The notes below the pieces were generated by a model, which made no database searches, was not told the origin of the DNA, and saw nothing but the letters and a program-made list of their open reading frames with translations. The position numbers and the translations under genes are program-made. DNA of 64,000 bases from Desulfobacterales bacterium. GTDB lineage: Bacteria > Desulfobacterota > Desulfobacteria > Desulfobacterales > UBA2174. The stretch's first letter is position 1. Each line of letters opens with the position of its first letter. The stretch spans positions 512,001 to 576,000 of the forward strand of contig CAXXWC010000021.1 in the NCBI GenBank assembly GCA_963668645.2, given 5' to 3'. Shown here in pieces: positions 18,802-28,968 of this stretch.

Positions 18802-19989
18802 TCAGGTCAATAATGGGCGGCTGTCCCGCGCTTCATCCAAGTCATAAAAAGGCTTCTTCAGCAGATAGGTAAATGACTGATGTTCAAGAATTCGGACAAT
18901 GGCCTCGCTGGCACCACCTGTTCCGTAAGGGTTAACAGTTCTCTCGAGCTGGGTCATGAACTCGATCGCTTCTATCCGATTTAACCCCGCCAGTATCGCA
19001 TCACGATTGGGCTGGCAGTCAATTACACTTGCTGCCTTCAGCCGTCCACGCTGTCGGTCGCCAATATTAACGGTAGCTTTTTTGAAAGTAGGCACCTCGG
19101 CCAAGCCGCTTGACGAATTACCGACCACAGCATCGACCTGTGCGACGGTTGACAGGTATCGCAAATTTCCTAGCGATGTGAATGCCTTGGCCCTGTGCGG
19201 ATGGCGAGCGACAAAGTCCTCGATCAGTCGGATTAGCACACGGCCGTCGGTGTCGGCATTGGGCATAGTGAAAATCAGATGCGTGTCTTCCAGGGTCTCA
19301 AGCGCCGCCAGCAAGTCTACCATCTGATCCGCTGCTGTGGTCTGCTCCAGAGTCACCGGATGGTAAGTAACGAGTAGGTTCTTCCTACCGAATTTGAAAT
19401 TAAGTGCATCTTCGAGTGCCTCGCGATCCAACAGCTTCAGCTTGACGATGTTGTCAACCCCCAATCCGCCGACCAGAAAGACCCGTTCAGGCCGCTCGCC
19501 GAGTTGGATGACGCGCCTGCGGTATTCCTCGGCTGCTACGAAATGTAAGTGAGCCATCTTAGTGATACTATGCCGTATTGCCTCGTCAAATGCACCCTGA
19601 GTCGTCTCACCACCGTGTAAGTGCGCAATAGGGATACGCGCGATCATGGCAGAGCAAGCGGCTGCAAAGATCTCGTAGCGATCACCAAGGACCAATAGCA
19701 AATCGGGCTTTAATTCGGCCAGAGCATCAGCAAAACCTATCATGGCCAGCCCCATCGATTTGGTCACCCCAACCGATGTATCGGAACTGAGCAGCATTTC
19801 CACCTTACGGTCGACCTGAAAGCCGTCCGCCTCTATGTCACATACCGTCAGCCCGAACTTGGGCGAGAGGTGCATTCCAGTCGTGATGATTTGCAGCTCA
19901 AGTACCGACGAATTGCGAATGCCCTCCATTACCCAACGCAGAAGGCCGTATTCGGCGCGGCTACCGGTGACGACGCAAATTTTTTTCAT
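18802..19989 (-). CDS. neuC: Hydrolysing NDP-diacetylbacillosamine/UDP-GlcNAc 2-epimerase (NeuC/LegG)
   Basis: VTGSRAEYG, LGDRYE, HLHGGE, GNSSSG, NIGDRQRGR. Confidence 0.95.
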   Translation of the reverse strand: MKKICVVTGSRAEYGLLRWVMEGIRNSSVLELQIITTGMHLSPKFGLTVCDIEADGFQVDRKVEMLLSSDTSVGVTKSMGLAMIGFADALAELKPDLLLVLGDRYEIFAAACSAMIARIPIAHLHGGETTQGAFDEAIRHSITKMAHLHFVAAEEYRRRVIQLGERPERVFLVGGLGVDNIVKLKLLDREALEDALNFKFGRKNLLVTYHPVTLEQTTAADQMVDLLAALETLEDTHLIFTMPNADTDGRVLIRLIEDFVARHPHRAKAFTSLGNLRYLSTVAQVDAVVGNSSSGLAEVPTFKKATVNIGDRQRGRLKAASVIDCQPNRDAILAGLNRIEAIEFMTQLERTVNPYGTGGASEAIVRILEHQSFTYLLKKPFYDLDEARDSRPLLT

Positions 19990-20993
19990 ATTTCGATAAG
20001 CTCATCCGGCTGGAAATCGCGCGGCGCCAAGCGCCCCATCATTTCATCCCAGCGCATAGGCGAGATGCCGGTACCCGGACGCTTAGCGGTAACATTCTCT
20101 GGAGTAAATGCCTCGCTGGCGCGGATCAGCCTTGCCGCCACCAGAGACTTGCGCGCATTTGGTTTGTTCTTTGTCTCGCTCGGGCTGGGACGCTTGATGC
20201 CGTCGCCGAGAGCCTTTTCGATGTTGCGAATTGCGTGAACCATCGAGATGAATTCATCTGGTTCTAAACTTGCCCTATGATCAGGGCCAGGCAGATTGCG
20301 GTCCAGTGTCAGATGCTTTTCAATTACACTTGCGCCTAAAGCGACGGCAGCGATAGGCACCTCTATACCCATGGTATGATCAGAGTAACCGACGGCTACA
20401 CCAAACGCGTCGCGAATGCTACACATTGCGCGCAGATTTACGTCCGCAATTGGTGTGGGATAGTCGGTGTTACAGTGTAACACAGTGATAAGATCACGCC
20501 TTGTGCCAGCCGTCTCCAAAACCTCAAGTGCAGCCTCAATCTCGCCAAGATTGGCCATGCCCGTGGAGAGGATTATGGGTTTTTTAAAAGCGCCAACGTG
20601 GCTTAGGTACGGCAGGTTAGTAATCTCGCCGGACGGAATTTTGAAACGCTTCGCCCCAAGTTTCGCCAAGAGGTTTATGCTTGGGATATCAAAGGCTGTG
20701 GAAAAAAAAACTACGCTGCGTGCCTGGCAATACCTAAACAGTATTTTATGCATCTCAAGACTCATCTCCAATTTTTTTAGCATCTCACTCTGGGACTCGA
20801 AACTTTCAGTAGTCCGCGTCTGATACTCAGCCTTGGGAGCTAAAGAGGTCACTATTCGATCAGCAGCAAAAGTTTGGAACTTGACCAAATCGGCACCGGC
20901 CTCTGCAGAGACATCGATCAAGCGTTTCGCTAATTCTATGTCACCGTTATGGTTAACACCGGCTTCAGCGATAATGAGAGTGTGATGAGCCAT
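19986..20993 (-). CDS. neuB: Nonulosonic acid synthase (NeuB/LegI)
   Basis: IAEAGVNHNG, KFQTF, GYSDHT, IEKHLTLD, C-terminal SAF domain KRPGTGISP. Confidence 0.95.
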   Translation of the reverse strand: MAHHTLIIAEAGVNHNGDIELAKRLIDVSAEAGADLVKFQTFAADRIVTSLAPKAEYQTRTTESFESQSEMLKKLEMSLEMHKILFRYCQARSVVFFSTAFDIPSINLLAKLGAKRFKIPSGEITNLPYLSHVGAFKKPIILSTGMANLGEIEAALEVLETAGTRRDLITVLHCNTDYPTPIADVNLRAMCSIRDAFGVAVGYSDHTMGIEVPIAAVALGASVIEKHLTLDRNLPGPDHRASLEPDEFISMVHAIRNIEKALGDGIKRPSPSETKNKPNARKSLVAARLIRASEAFTPENVTAKRPGTGISPMRWDEMMGRLAPRDFQPDELIEI

Positions 20994-21024
20994 TAGAATT
21001 CCACTAATTTAGATCTAATCCTGT

Positions 21025-21639
21025 TTATAAAAAACGCAATACCGTCCCCTGGGGGATGTTGCCCAGCACGATCTGCCCAGCACCAATCACCACGCGTTGC
21101 CCAACTCGGATGCCCTGACCAAGCACCGCTCCACTGCCAACGAAGCTGCCAGAGCCAATCCGCACGCCACCGTTTACGCGAGCGCCAGTGGCGATGTGAC
21201 AATGGTCCTCGACCACAGCATCATGTTCAACCAGAGCTTGGCTGTTGATAATGCAGTTCTCACCGACGTGTGCATTGGCGTTCACCACCGCTCCGTGCAT
21301 CAGAATGCTGCCCTTGCCAAGTCGCGCATGCCGGGAACAATACGCTGCTGGTGAAATGATTACAGGCAATTTTGCCTGATGGTGCTTAAGCAAATCAAAT
21401 AAGCGCATGCGCGTATCTGGGTGTTTGATTTGCCCAACCGCCACTAAGGCTCGCGGCGTCTGCTGTAACAACGCAGGTAAATCCTCGTCGCTGCCGAGCA
21501 CCGGGTAACCGAGCACCGGCGCGCGGCCATCCGCCTCAGGTTGCAAGATTCCGACAATCTGGTAGCCACCGGCTGATTCGATCACATCGATGCAGGCACG
21601 ACAGTGGCCCCCGCCACCTATCAAGAGGATCGGTTTCAC
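21025..21639 (-). CDS. NeuD/PglD-family acetyltransferase (LegH role)
   Basis: GTG start overlapping the legC stop; LIGGGGHCR, hexapeptide repeats, VEHD. Confidence 0.9.
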   Translation of the reverse strand: MKPILLIGGGGHCRACIDVIESAGGYQIVGILQPEADGRAPVLGYPVLGSDEDLPALLQQTPRALVAVGQIKHPDTRMRLFDLLKHHQAKLPVIISPAAYCSRHARLGKGSILMHGAVVNANAHVGENCIINSQALVEHDAVVEDHCHIATGARVNGGVRIGSGSFVGSGAVLGQGIRVGQRVVIGAGQIVLGNIPQGTVLRFL

Positions 21640-22793
21640 GCCAAACCCGCACTGCTCGGCATGTTGATAATACGTCGAGCCAGCGACTCGGCCACAGGTA
21701 GCGGGGCACGAGGACAATGCCGGTAGGCGGGCAATTGATGTATCAGGGTCCAGGTGGGGCGAGTTATCAAGCCGGCGTCGTTGGTGGTCGCCAAGATTGC
21801 ATCGCGCTGGTCAGCGAAAGACTCGTCCAGGATCAATGTTTGCAGCCAATAGTTGCTCTCGCACCCAGGTGGTTCGGCCATCACGCGCACCTCATCGAGA
21901 CCTGCGAAGGCTTCCCGATAGCGCTCGTACAGACGACGCTGGGAAGCCAGGAAATCCGGCAATTGTTCTAATTGGGCGCAGCCAAGCGCTGCGTTGATGT
22001 TGGGCATGCGGAAATTGTAGCCGATCTCGTCGTGTTTGTATTCCCAACGGTGGGGTTGTTTGGCAGTAGTCGTCAGGTATTTGGCGCGATCCGCCATTCC
22101 CTCGTCATCGGTCAGAATGGCCCCTCCCCCGCCGGTTGTGATGGTCTTGTTGCCATTGAAACTGAGCGTTCCGATCAGTCCGAAAGTGCCGGTGTGCTGC
22201 CCCTGATAACGGCTGCCGAGGGATTCGGCGGCGTCCTCTACCAGGTTGAGCCGGTAATTGCGCGCGAGTGCGGCAAGTCTTTCCAGATCGCAGGGGTGAC
22301 CGAAGCAGTGCATCGGCACTATTGCACGGATACGGCGACCGGTTTGGCGGTTGCGGCAGCCATTTGCGGTGATTTCCGCGATGTAGTCAAGCCAGTCACG
22401 CAAAGCCTTGGGATCAATTCCTAGTGTCGTCTCATCGCTGTCGGCCAGATGCGGCACGGCGCCTCGATAATGGACGGCATTGGCCGTGGCGACGAAAGTC
22501 AGCGCCGGTATGATAACCTCATCACCCACTTCCACCCCCGCCAATTGCATCGCCACCTGCAACGCCGCGGTACCGTTAACCACCGCAACGGCCCGACGAG
22601 CTCCGGTGTAGCGGGCCAGGTCAGCCTCGAAGCGGTCCACATAGTGCCCCACCGAAGATACAAAGGTTGAGGCGATGCAGTCTTGCACATAGCGCTGCTC
22701 GTTACCCTGAAAACGAGGTTCGTGAAGCACAGCGGTTTCACGTCCTAAAGCGGTTCTAAGAGCAGCAACGATGTTTGTGGCAAGAGTCTTCAT
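21636..22793 (-). CDS. legC: LegC-family DegT/DnrJ aminotransferase
   Basis: LHEPRF, STFVSSVG, EDAAESLGS, SFNGNKTITTGGGG. Confidence 0.93.
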   Translation of the reverse strand: MKTLATNIVAALRTALGRETAVLHEPRFQGNEQRYVQDCIASTFVSSVGHYVDRFEADLARYTGARRAVAVVNGTAALQVAMQLAGVEVGDEVIIPALTFVATANAVHYRGAVPHLADSDETTLGIDPKALRDWLDYIAEITANGCRNRQTGRRIRAIVPMHCFGHPCDLERLAALARNYRLNLVEDAAESLGSRYQGQHTGTFGLIGTLSFNGNKTITTGGGGAILTDDEGMADRAKYLTTTAKQPHRWEYKHDEIGYNFRMPNINAALGCAQLEQLPDFLASQRRLYERYREAFAGLDEVRVMAEPPGCESNYWLQTLILDESFADQRDAILATTNDAGLITRPTWTLIHQLPAYRHCPRAPLPVAESLARRIINMPSSAGLA

Positions 22794-23791
22794 AGATTAT
22801 ATCGATCTACCTTGTATCTCGTCAGGTTCGCGGGATTGGAGAACCAGGCTACCGTTTCAGCCAAGCCGCGACGGAAGCCACCGAGACCGCCGTATGTTGG
22901 TTGCCATCCGAGCAGGCGTTGTGCCTTGCTGTTGTCCGCCCTGAGGCGCTCGACCTCGCTCTTGCCTGGTCGCAAGCGCTGCTCGTCGGTCACGATTTCA
23001 ATCTCGGTACCCATCACATCGGCGATAGCCATCGCGGTTTCGCCAATACCGATCTCGAAATTGCTGCCCAAGTTGATGACTTCACCGACGCCCGCATCGC
23101 TATCGAGCGCACTGATGAAGCCTGAGACAGTATCGGTGACATAGCTGAAGTCGCGTGTCGGATGCACGGCACCGAGCTTGATTTGTCGCTGGCCGCTGGC
23201 GATCTGGGTGAGGATCGTCGGGATCACGGCGCGTGCGGATTGGCGCGGACCATAGGTGTTGAAAGGACGCAGTACGGTAACAGGTGTGCCGAAAGAGCGA
23301 TAAAAGGACAACGCAATCTGGTCGGCACCGATTTTGCTGGCCGAGTACGGCGATTGCCCCTGGAGCGGGTGCTCTTCGGTAATAGGCGCGAAGCGCGCCG
23401 TGCCGTAAACTTCGCTGGTGGATGTATGGATGACCCTGGACATGCCAAGCTCTCGCGCAGCTTGAACGATATTCAGAGTCCCTTTGACGTTTGTGTCGAT
23501 ATAGGTGCCCGGCGAATGATAGGAATACGGGATCGAGATCAGCGCGGCCAAATGTAGCACAGCATCGCAACCGGCCATGGCGGCGCGAACGCCGTAAGGA
23601 TCACGGATGTCGCCGGCAAAAACCTCAAACTGCCCACGGACATCATTGGCACACTGGTCCAACCACCCCCAGGCGTTGAAGGAGTTGTAAAATACGAAGG
23701 CCTTTACTTCGTGACCCGCACGGACCAGAGCCTCGGTCAGATGCGAGCCGATGAAGCCGTCGGCGCCGGTGATGCAAATTTTGTGTGACAT
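22790..23791 (-). CDS. legB: NAD-dependent 4,6-dehydratase LegB
   Basis: TGADGFIGSHL, YNSFNAWGWLD, IPYSY, TSTSEVYG, YSASK. Confidence 0.92.
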   Translation of the reverse strand: MSHKICITGADGFIGSHLTEALVRAGHEVKAFVFYNSFNAWGWLDQCANDVRGQFEVFAGDIRDPYGVRAAMAGCDAVLHLAALISIPYSYHSPGTYIDTNVKGTLNIVQAARELGMSRVIHTSTSEVYGTARFAPITEEHPLQGQSPYSASKIGADQIALSFYRSFGTPVTVLRPFNTYGPRQSARAVIPTILTQIASGQRQIKLGAVHPTRDFSYVTDTVSGFISALDSDAGVGEVINLGSNFEIGIGETAMAIADVMGTEIEIVTDEQRLRPGKSEVERLRADNSKAQRLLGWQPTYGGLGGFRRGLAETVAWFSNPANLTRYKVDRYNL

Positions 23792-23829
23792 GAAAATTAA
23801 TACCCCCACAACGGTGGTTAGTCATATCA

Positions 23830-23854
23830 CCTCCGGCAAAGCCGGAGGCTTGAA
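23830..23854. repeat. Hairpin resembling an IS200/IS605-family end
   Basis: cctccggc-aaa-gccggagg perfect 8-bp stem next to the truncation point of the ISNCY-like fragment. Confidence 0.45.
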
Positions 23855-23858
23855 TTTG

Positions 23859-24395
23859 TCAAAAACGCCGGATACTCTGGCTGTCGACCAGATGAAAAGC
23901 CAAGTCTTGGTAGGTCAACTCGTGGAGCCTCATCACCACGGCCGCTCGCAGCACCTGCTCGGCGCTCATGCCTTTGGCCCTGGCACGGTTAACGGTACGA
24001 TGCCGCTTGCAAAGATCTTGCAGTACGAACTCGGTGATGATAGGTTGACTCGTTCGTAAAAAGTCGGATTTTGAAATTTTCATCGCTGTAACACATTGAA
24101 ATCATTGAGTCCGAAATTGGGAAAATGATGTTTTTCGGACTTTTTACGAACGTATCATAGGTTTGCTGTCCAGGATGCTGGAGATGACTTCGAGCTCTTG
24201 GGCTTGGGCTTGGATGTGACTGGCGATCTCGGGCATCAGGGGCATTTGGCGTTGCCATTTTTCGCGCATTTTGTGTTGGTCCTTTTCTCGGCTTTGTTAG
24301 TATTTACGGTTGGTTGGCGATATCGCTTATACCACACTCAGCCAGGAAAAACCAGCACAAAATGCGCTTTTTTTATGCCTGCCGGATAGTTACGG
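23859..24395 (-). pseudogene. Truncated ISNCY-like transposase (5' part) with IS end, interrupted by a MITE
   Basis: From ATG 24269: MREKWQRQMPLMPEI..ELEVISSILDSKP[MITE]IITEFVLQDL..GMSAEQVLRAAVV..LAFHLVDS; terminus CCGTAACTATCCGG at 24395. Confidence 0.75.
24047..24156. mobile_element. 110-bp MITE, copy 2 (inverted relative to copy 1)
   Basis: 100/110 identical to copy 1; 7-bp target duplication ataggtt. Confidence 0.92.
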
Positions 24396-24511
24396 CCGCG
24401 GATGGAAACTAATTATATTGGCAGAGTTCTTTCAATCATTTCCTTCGATGAGCCGTAGACATAGTGGTTTTTGAGCTGGATTCCGATAGCATGATCGCGC
24501 AGAGAATGATA

Positions 24512-25270
24512 TTAGAGCATCCAGCCATCATCAATGACAACGTTCTGACCAGTAATGTACCGTGAGTTTTCAGATAGCAGGAACAGAATTGCGCCAACAA
24601 CATCTTCCGCATCCAGCATACCTTTGTCATTGCAGGATTCGCGATACTTTTTTAAAAAACTTTTTGGTTGATTGTCTAGAAGACCGCCGGGGCTGATGCA
24701 GTTCACACGAATATTGTTGCCTTTGTAATACTTGGCAAGGTAGCGGGTGATGGCGATCAGGCCCGCCTTGATGGCAGTGTATTCGATTGGTGAGGTCATG
24801 TTGGTACCCACGTAATGCTCGAACTTCGGCGCAGCGACACCCTGGATGGATGACACGTAAATCAGGTTTCCGTGTCCCTGCAGCTTGAAATGTCGAAGTA
24901 TGCGTTGCGAAAACAAAATGGCGCCACCCAGTTGGTGAGACAAATCTTCACTAAGGTATTCGGGTTTCAGTTCCTCGAACGGTGTACCCCAAGCGGCAGA
25001 ACGCGGATAAGCCGAATGGACTGCCGCGTCGAGAGACCCAAAACGTGAGACTGCCTCTTCGATAATTCTATCGGTTCCCTCAGGCATGTTGGCATCTACA
25101 TGCAAATAGAGTACGTTCTCGGCACCCAGGTCATCACTAAGTTTTTTGAGCCGCAATTCATCGACATCTACGAGAACAATTTGGCCTCTTTCAGCAACCA
25201 CACTACGCGCTAATGCCCCCCCAATCCTCCCGGCAGCACCAGTAACTGCAATGACTTGCCCGCTTAGCAT
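24512..25270 (-). CDS. SDR oxidoreductase (PtmA / ElaC-like)
   Basis: TGAAGRIG, AYPRSAAWG, SSIQGV, EYTAIK, VNCISPGG, VIDDGW. Confidence 0.88.
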   Translation of the reverse strand: MLSGQVIAVTGAAGRIGGALARSVVAERGQIVLVDVDELRLKKLSDDLGAENVLYLHVDANMPEGTDRIIEEAVSRFGSLDAAVHSAYPRSAAWGTPFEELKPEYLSEDLSHQLGGAILFSQRILRHFKLQGHGNLIYVSSIQGVAAPKFEHYVGTNMTSPIEYTAIKAGLIAITRYLAKYYKGNNIRVNCISPGGLLDNQPKSFLKKYRESCNDKGMLDAEDVVGAILFLLSENSRYITGQNVVIDDGWML

Positions 25271-25971
25271 TTCTTCTGATCCTCCTGAAGGCGCTCTCTC
25301 ATCAAAAAGTCCGCAATCTTGAGATCAAATTCTGTGTCGATATCGATCGCCCGTTCATGAGGCACTACAACGCCTCGGACGCGCCCGTCCCAAATACTTT
25401 GATGCCCCAGTATGAAGGTTGGCCGAGTGACATAGGCCTGGGTAGTCAAATCATAAACTTGAGGCGCTTCTTGCCTGCGAATGTAACGCTCACCATTTTG
25501 CATCAAAACATTCAACCGACCATATTCGTCGGCTCGCACCATGTTGAACCATGGATTGCGCTGAGATGCTGTCATGGTCACAACTGCATCTGTATTTGGA
25601 TCCAGCGCCGCAAGGCAGTTGCGAACATCCTTTGCTATGCGAAGCGGTGCGGTGGATGGCAGACTAATGAATCTATCGAACGAGCCATGATGCTGTCTAA
25701 CCCAGCTAACAGCATGCTGCCAAGCCAGCCACTCAGGACTGGTATCCTGTGCCAATTCAGGTGGCCTCTCGATTACGGTTGCACCGTACTTCCTGGCGAC
25801 CGCTGCAATTGCGCCGTTATCGGTAGAAACAAAGCATCGTTCGATTTCAGAAACCTGTCCGGCAACTATCAATGCATGGCCGAGCAGTGGCGTGCCTCCA
25901 AGAAAACGGATGTTCTTCCCAGGGACTCCCTTGGAGCCTCCGCGGGCGAATACGAATGCGTAGGTGATCAT
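25264..25971 (-). CDS. neuA: Acylneuraminate cytidylyltransferase (NeuA/LegF)
   Basis: ARGGSKGVPGKN, VSTD, TAPLR, IDIDTEFD. Confidence 0.93.
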   Translation of the reverse strand: MITYAFVFARGGSKGVPGKNIRFLGGTPLLGHALIVAGQVSEIERCFVSTDNGAIAAVARKYGATVIERPPELAQDTSPEWLAWQHAVSWVRQHHGSFDRFISLPSTAPLRIAKDVRNCLAALDPNTDAVVTMTASQRNPWFNMVRADEYGRLNVLMQNGERYIRRQEAPQVYDLTTQAYVTRPTFILGHQSIWDGRVRGVVVPHERAIDIDTEFDLKIADFLMRERLQEDQKKC

Positions 25972-27002
25972 AATAATGCAACCCGTCTTTCACGGCCTGC
26001 TGTGTGAGCCGCTTCAACAATTCGCAGCGCCGCGATGCCGTCTCCTAAAGTCACGCACGGCTGATCGCCTTGCTCAATACAGGCGATGAAATGTGCCAGT
26101 TGTAAACGAAACATTTCATCCTGATCAACCGGAAACTCCCAGACTTCTTGCTCCGCGCCGATGGACTCCCAAAACACTTGATTTCGTATTGCATCCCAGC
26201 ATAGACTGCCATGTTCGCCGTATACCTTGCATTGCCGAGTCTGATGCCTACGACAGAAGTCCAGATGAATCGAGACTGGCAGGCCACCGACGCCGGTAAG
26301 CAATAGGTCTGCCGTATCTTCAACGGGTAAGCCAAGCGTGCCACTGTTGCGAAGAATAGCTGCGACACTACTGAATGGTCCGAAGAACCAGTTGGCATAA
26401 TCCAGATCGTGGCTGAGTTCCAGCAACACACCGCCACCGAGCGCGGCGCTCGCTGACGTAGTGGTCCGATAATCTTGCTCAGGTCGCCAGTCAGGGAGGT
26501 AAGAGCCGCATTCGATTTGTCCAAAAAGCAAGGAGCCAAGTCGACCGTCTGAGAGAAGTTCCTGAAATCGGCGGGCTGCAGGTGCATAGCGAAGCACGTA
26601 GCCAACTAAAACGATGCTCTGTCGTTGGCTCACTATACGTTGCAGTTCATCGATACCGGTGAATGTGTTGGAGATTGGCTTTTCGATCAACACCGGAATG
26701 TTAGCAACCAGGAGTTGCATTGCTTGGGGCACATGAAAAGGCGCAGGGCTTGAGATAATGGCAGCATCGATCCGGGCATCCAATGCCGAAGTGATGGAAG
26801 AAACGACCTGTGAAGCAAGCATCTCTTCCGGCCAAGGCTGGCCTTTTCCGGAGCGCACCAATGTAACCGAAATGTCAGGACGCATAGCCTTTAGCATCCG
26901 CAGGTGCCGTCTTCCAATGCTGCCAAGACCAAGGATTGCGAGGTGTTTTAACTTCGGCAACGTTGCTGGGTCTCTCTCATTAGTTGCAATCCACATCACC
27001 AT
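25968..27002 (-). CDS. Gfo/Idh/MocA oxidoreductase (PtmF / ElaA-like)
   Basis: GLGSIGRRH, IEKP, YLPDWRP, GGGVLLELSHDLD. Confidence 0.88.
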   Translation of the reverse strand: MVMWIATNERDPATLPKLKHLAILGLGSIGRRHLRMLKAMRPDISVTLVRSGKGQPWPEEMLASQVVSSITSALDARIDAAIISSPAPFHVPQAMQLLVANIPVLIEKPISNTFTGIDELQRIVSQRQSIVLVGYVLRYAPAARRFQELLSDGRLGSLLFGQIECGSYLPDWRPEQDYRTTTSASAALGGGVLLELSHDLDYANWFFGPFSSVAAILRNSGTLGLPVEDTADLLLTGVGGLPVSIHLDFCRRHQTRQCKVYGEHGSLCWDAIRNQVFWESIGAEQEVWEFPVDQDEMFRLQLAHFIACIEQGDQPCVTLGDGIAALRIVEAAHTAGRERRVALL

Positions 27003-28030
27003 TCGCCGTTGGCACGTTCCAGTGCCTCCGGAATTCCCACGTCCAACCAGTACTCATGGATCGGGAAAGCGGTCACACGATGCTGCCGTTGCAATGCTTT
27101 TTCCAGCAATTGTGGCATGTCCTGGAAGCAATCGTACGGCAGCAAGTCTATCAGATCTGGATTGAGCAGGTAGATGCCGGCATTAATGTAATGGCTGAAC
27201 ACGGGCTTTTCTTCCAACGCAAGTACGCGAATGTCATCGGTACGAACTACCCCGTAAGGAATCTGGGTGGCATGTTTGCGTACGCAGAGGGTCGCAGCAG
27301 ATTGGTGTTCTGCATGGAAGCATAACAAACACTTAAAATCGACGTGAGTCAGTACGTCGCCATTCATAACCAGTATTGGGTCGACCGGACGCTGCGGAAG
27401 CAGGCTGAGGGCGCCAGCAGTGCCGAGCGGCTGATCTTCTTCCAGGTAGCGGATATTCACCCCCCAACGCGCACCGTCTCCAAAGTAAGCCTTGATCTGG
27501 TTCTTAAGGTAGTTGACGGCTATGTAAAAGTCACGAAAGCCAGCGTCCAGGCATTGCCGCAAGATGATCTCCAGCAGGGGGTTGCCGCCGACACGCAGCA
27601 TGGGCTTTGGGCAGTCTTCAGTCATCGGCCGCAGGCGCTTTCCTTGGCCCCCGGCCATTAGCACCACTGCGTTCGGCAGAGTCTTGGGCGTAACCAGTTC
27701 GTCCAGCAAAAAGAGACGGATCACACGGCCATCGCCATTGAGGGCCGGCACCTGTTGCAGCTTCTCCCGGCGCATTAGCACTAAGGCCTCGCACTCACTT
27801 GCCTCAGCCGGTAATGCGCGGAAATTACGATGCATGATCTGTTCAACAGGGCTGTCCAAACTCACGCCACGCAACAAAGCACGCCTGATGTCACCGTCGG
27901 TGACAGTACCGAGCAAGCGATGGTTTTCGTCAGTAACCAACGCAATTTGTGCGGCACCACGATCAATCACTCGCACGGCATTACGCACCGTGCAGTTAAG
28001 TGGCACCATATAATCCGTGGGCTCTTTCAT
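26996..28030 (-). CDS. CBS-domain nucleotidyltransferase (PtmE / LgaF-like)
   Basis: N-terminal CBS pair (TDGDIRRALL); MAGGQGKRLRP, PKPML, LGTAGAL, MNGD. Confidence 0.92.
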   Translation of the reverse strand: MKEPTDYMVPLNCTVRNAVRVIDRGAAQIALVTDENHRLLGTVTDGDIRRALLRGVSLDSPVEQIMHRNFRALPAEASECEALVLMRREKLQQVPALNGDGRVIRLFLLDELVTPKTLPNAVVLMAGGQGKRLRPMTEDCPKPMLRVGGNPLLEIILRQCLDAGFRDFYIAVNYLKNQIKAYFGDGARWGVNIRYLEEDQPLGTAGALSLLPQRPVDPILVMNGDVLTHVDFKCLLCFHAEHQSAATLCVRKHATQIPYGVVRTDDIRVLALEEKPVFSHYINAGIYLLNPDLIDLLPYDCFQDMPQLLEKALQRQHRVTAFPIHEYWLDVGIPEALERANGEW

Positions 28031-28965
28031 TGGTATCCTGCTATTTTCAAGTAAAAGTGCATGTTGTTTACCTGCTCGTCAAGTGTGCAAAAGAGCACGT
28101 CATCACTGTTCAGGAATGCCTCAGTTTGGCGGCACAAACCGGGCTTGAACTCCCTATCCAGCGTGTCTTCCAATTCAATCGTCTCCACCTTGACGTCTCC
28201 GAGCAAAGTAACCTGCAGTTGTTCCATCGGGCGTAGGATTAGACGCCGCTCACTTGTCAGCAATTCCAGCCCCCAACGGCCGGGCGCCTGCCAGTCGGAT
28301 AGATAGGAAAACAAAACGCCTTGAGTGGTAACACCCGCGCCGCAAAAGCGAGCAGCGGCCGGGTGCCAGTCTATCGAACCAGCGTGCCAACAGCACCAGT
28401 CCGCTGGCACGCCGCAGAAATGGAAAGCGAGATCGATGACGTGTGTCGAATTGCCGAGCAGCCAGCGCTCTTTGACACCGGCTGCCTTGGGCAATGACCC
28501 GATCTTGTGCGACCATTCTGTAAATTCGAACTGAGCACTGAGAAGACCGCCATCAGCTTCAATGTATTCCTTAGCCTTAAGCGTTGAAGCATAAAAACGG
28601 CGATTGTAAGCCAGCAAGACTTCGGCCCTTCGTGCCGCAGCCACTCGCTGCAATCTGTTGATCTCCTCAGAATCAATCCCACCAGGTTTCTCCAAGAGGA
28701 TACGCCGTGTGCCAGCCTCGATCAAGGCCCTTGACACCACTGCGAGTTGCTCGACTCCGACGGCAACTATTGCCAAGTCGGGCGAAGGCAGTTCACGGAG
28801 TGCATTCTCGACTCCGCCCAGTCGGACAGCATGTCCGGTCGCGGCGCGGAAGGTAGTCGCAGAACTTTCGCTGCGCCCAATCACCTCGAACGGTTGCTCC
28901 AGAGAGTTCAGCACCTTTGCATAATCTTGCGCCATAGGTCCGGCGCCAATGAGCCAGAGTGTCAT
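28027..28965 (-). CDS. Gfo/Idh/MocA oxidoreductase
   Basis: IGAGPMA, LEKPG, YNRRF, NSTHVID. Confidence 0.85.
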   Translation of the reverse strand: MTLWLIGAGPMAQDYAKVLNSLEQPFEVIGRSESSATTFRAATGHAVRLGGVENALRELPSPDLAIVAVGVEQLAVVSRALIEAGTRRILLEKPGGIDSEEINRLQRVAAARRAEVLLAYNRRFYASTLKAKEYIEADGGLLSAQFEFTEWSHKIGSLPKAAGVKERWLLGNSTHVIDLAFHFCGVPADWCCWHAGSIDWHPAAARFCGAGVTTQGVLFSYLSDWQAPGRWGLELLTSERRLILRPMEQLQVTLLGDVKVETIELEDTLDREFKPGLCRQTEAFLNSDDVLFCTLDEQVNNMHFYLKIAGYQ

Positions 28966-28968
28966 GAT

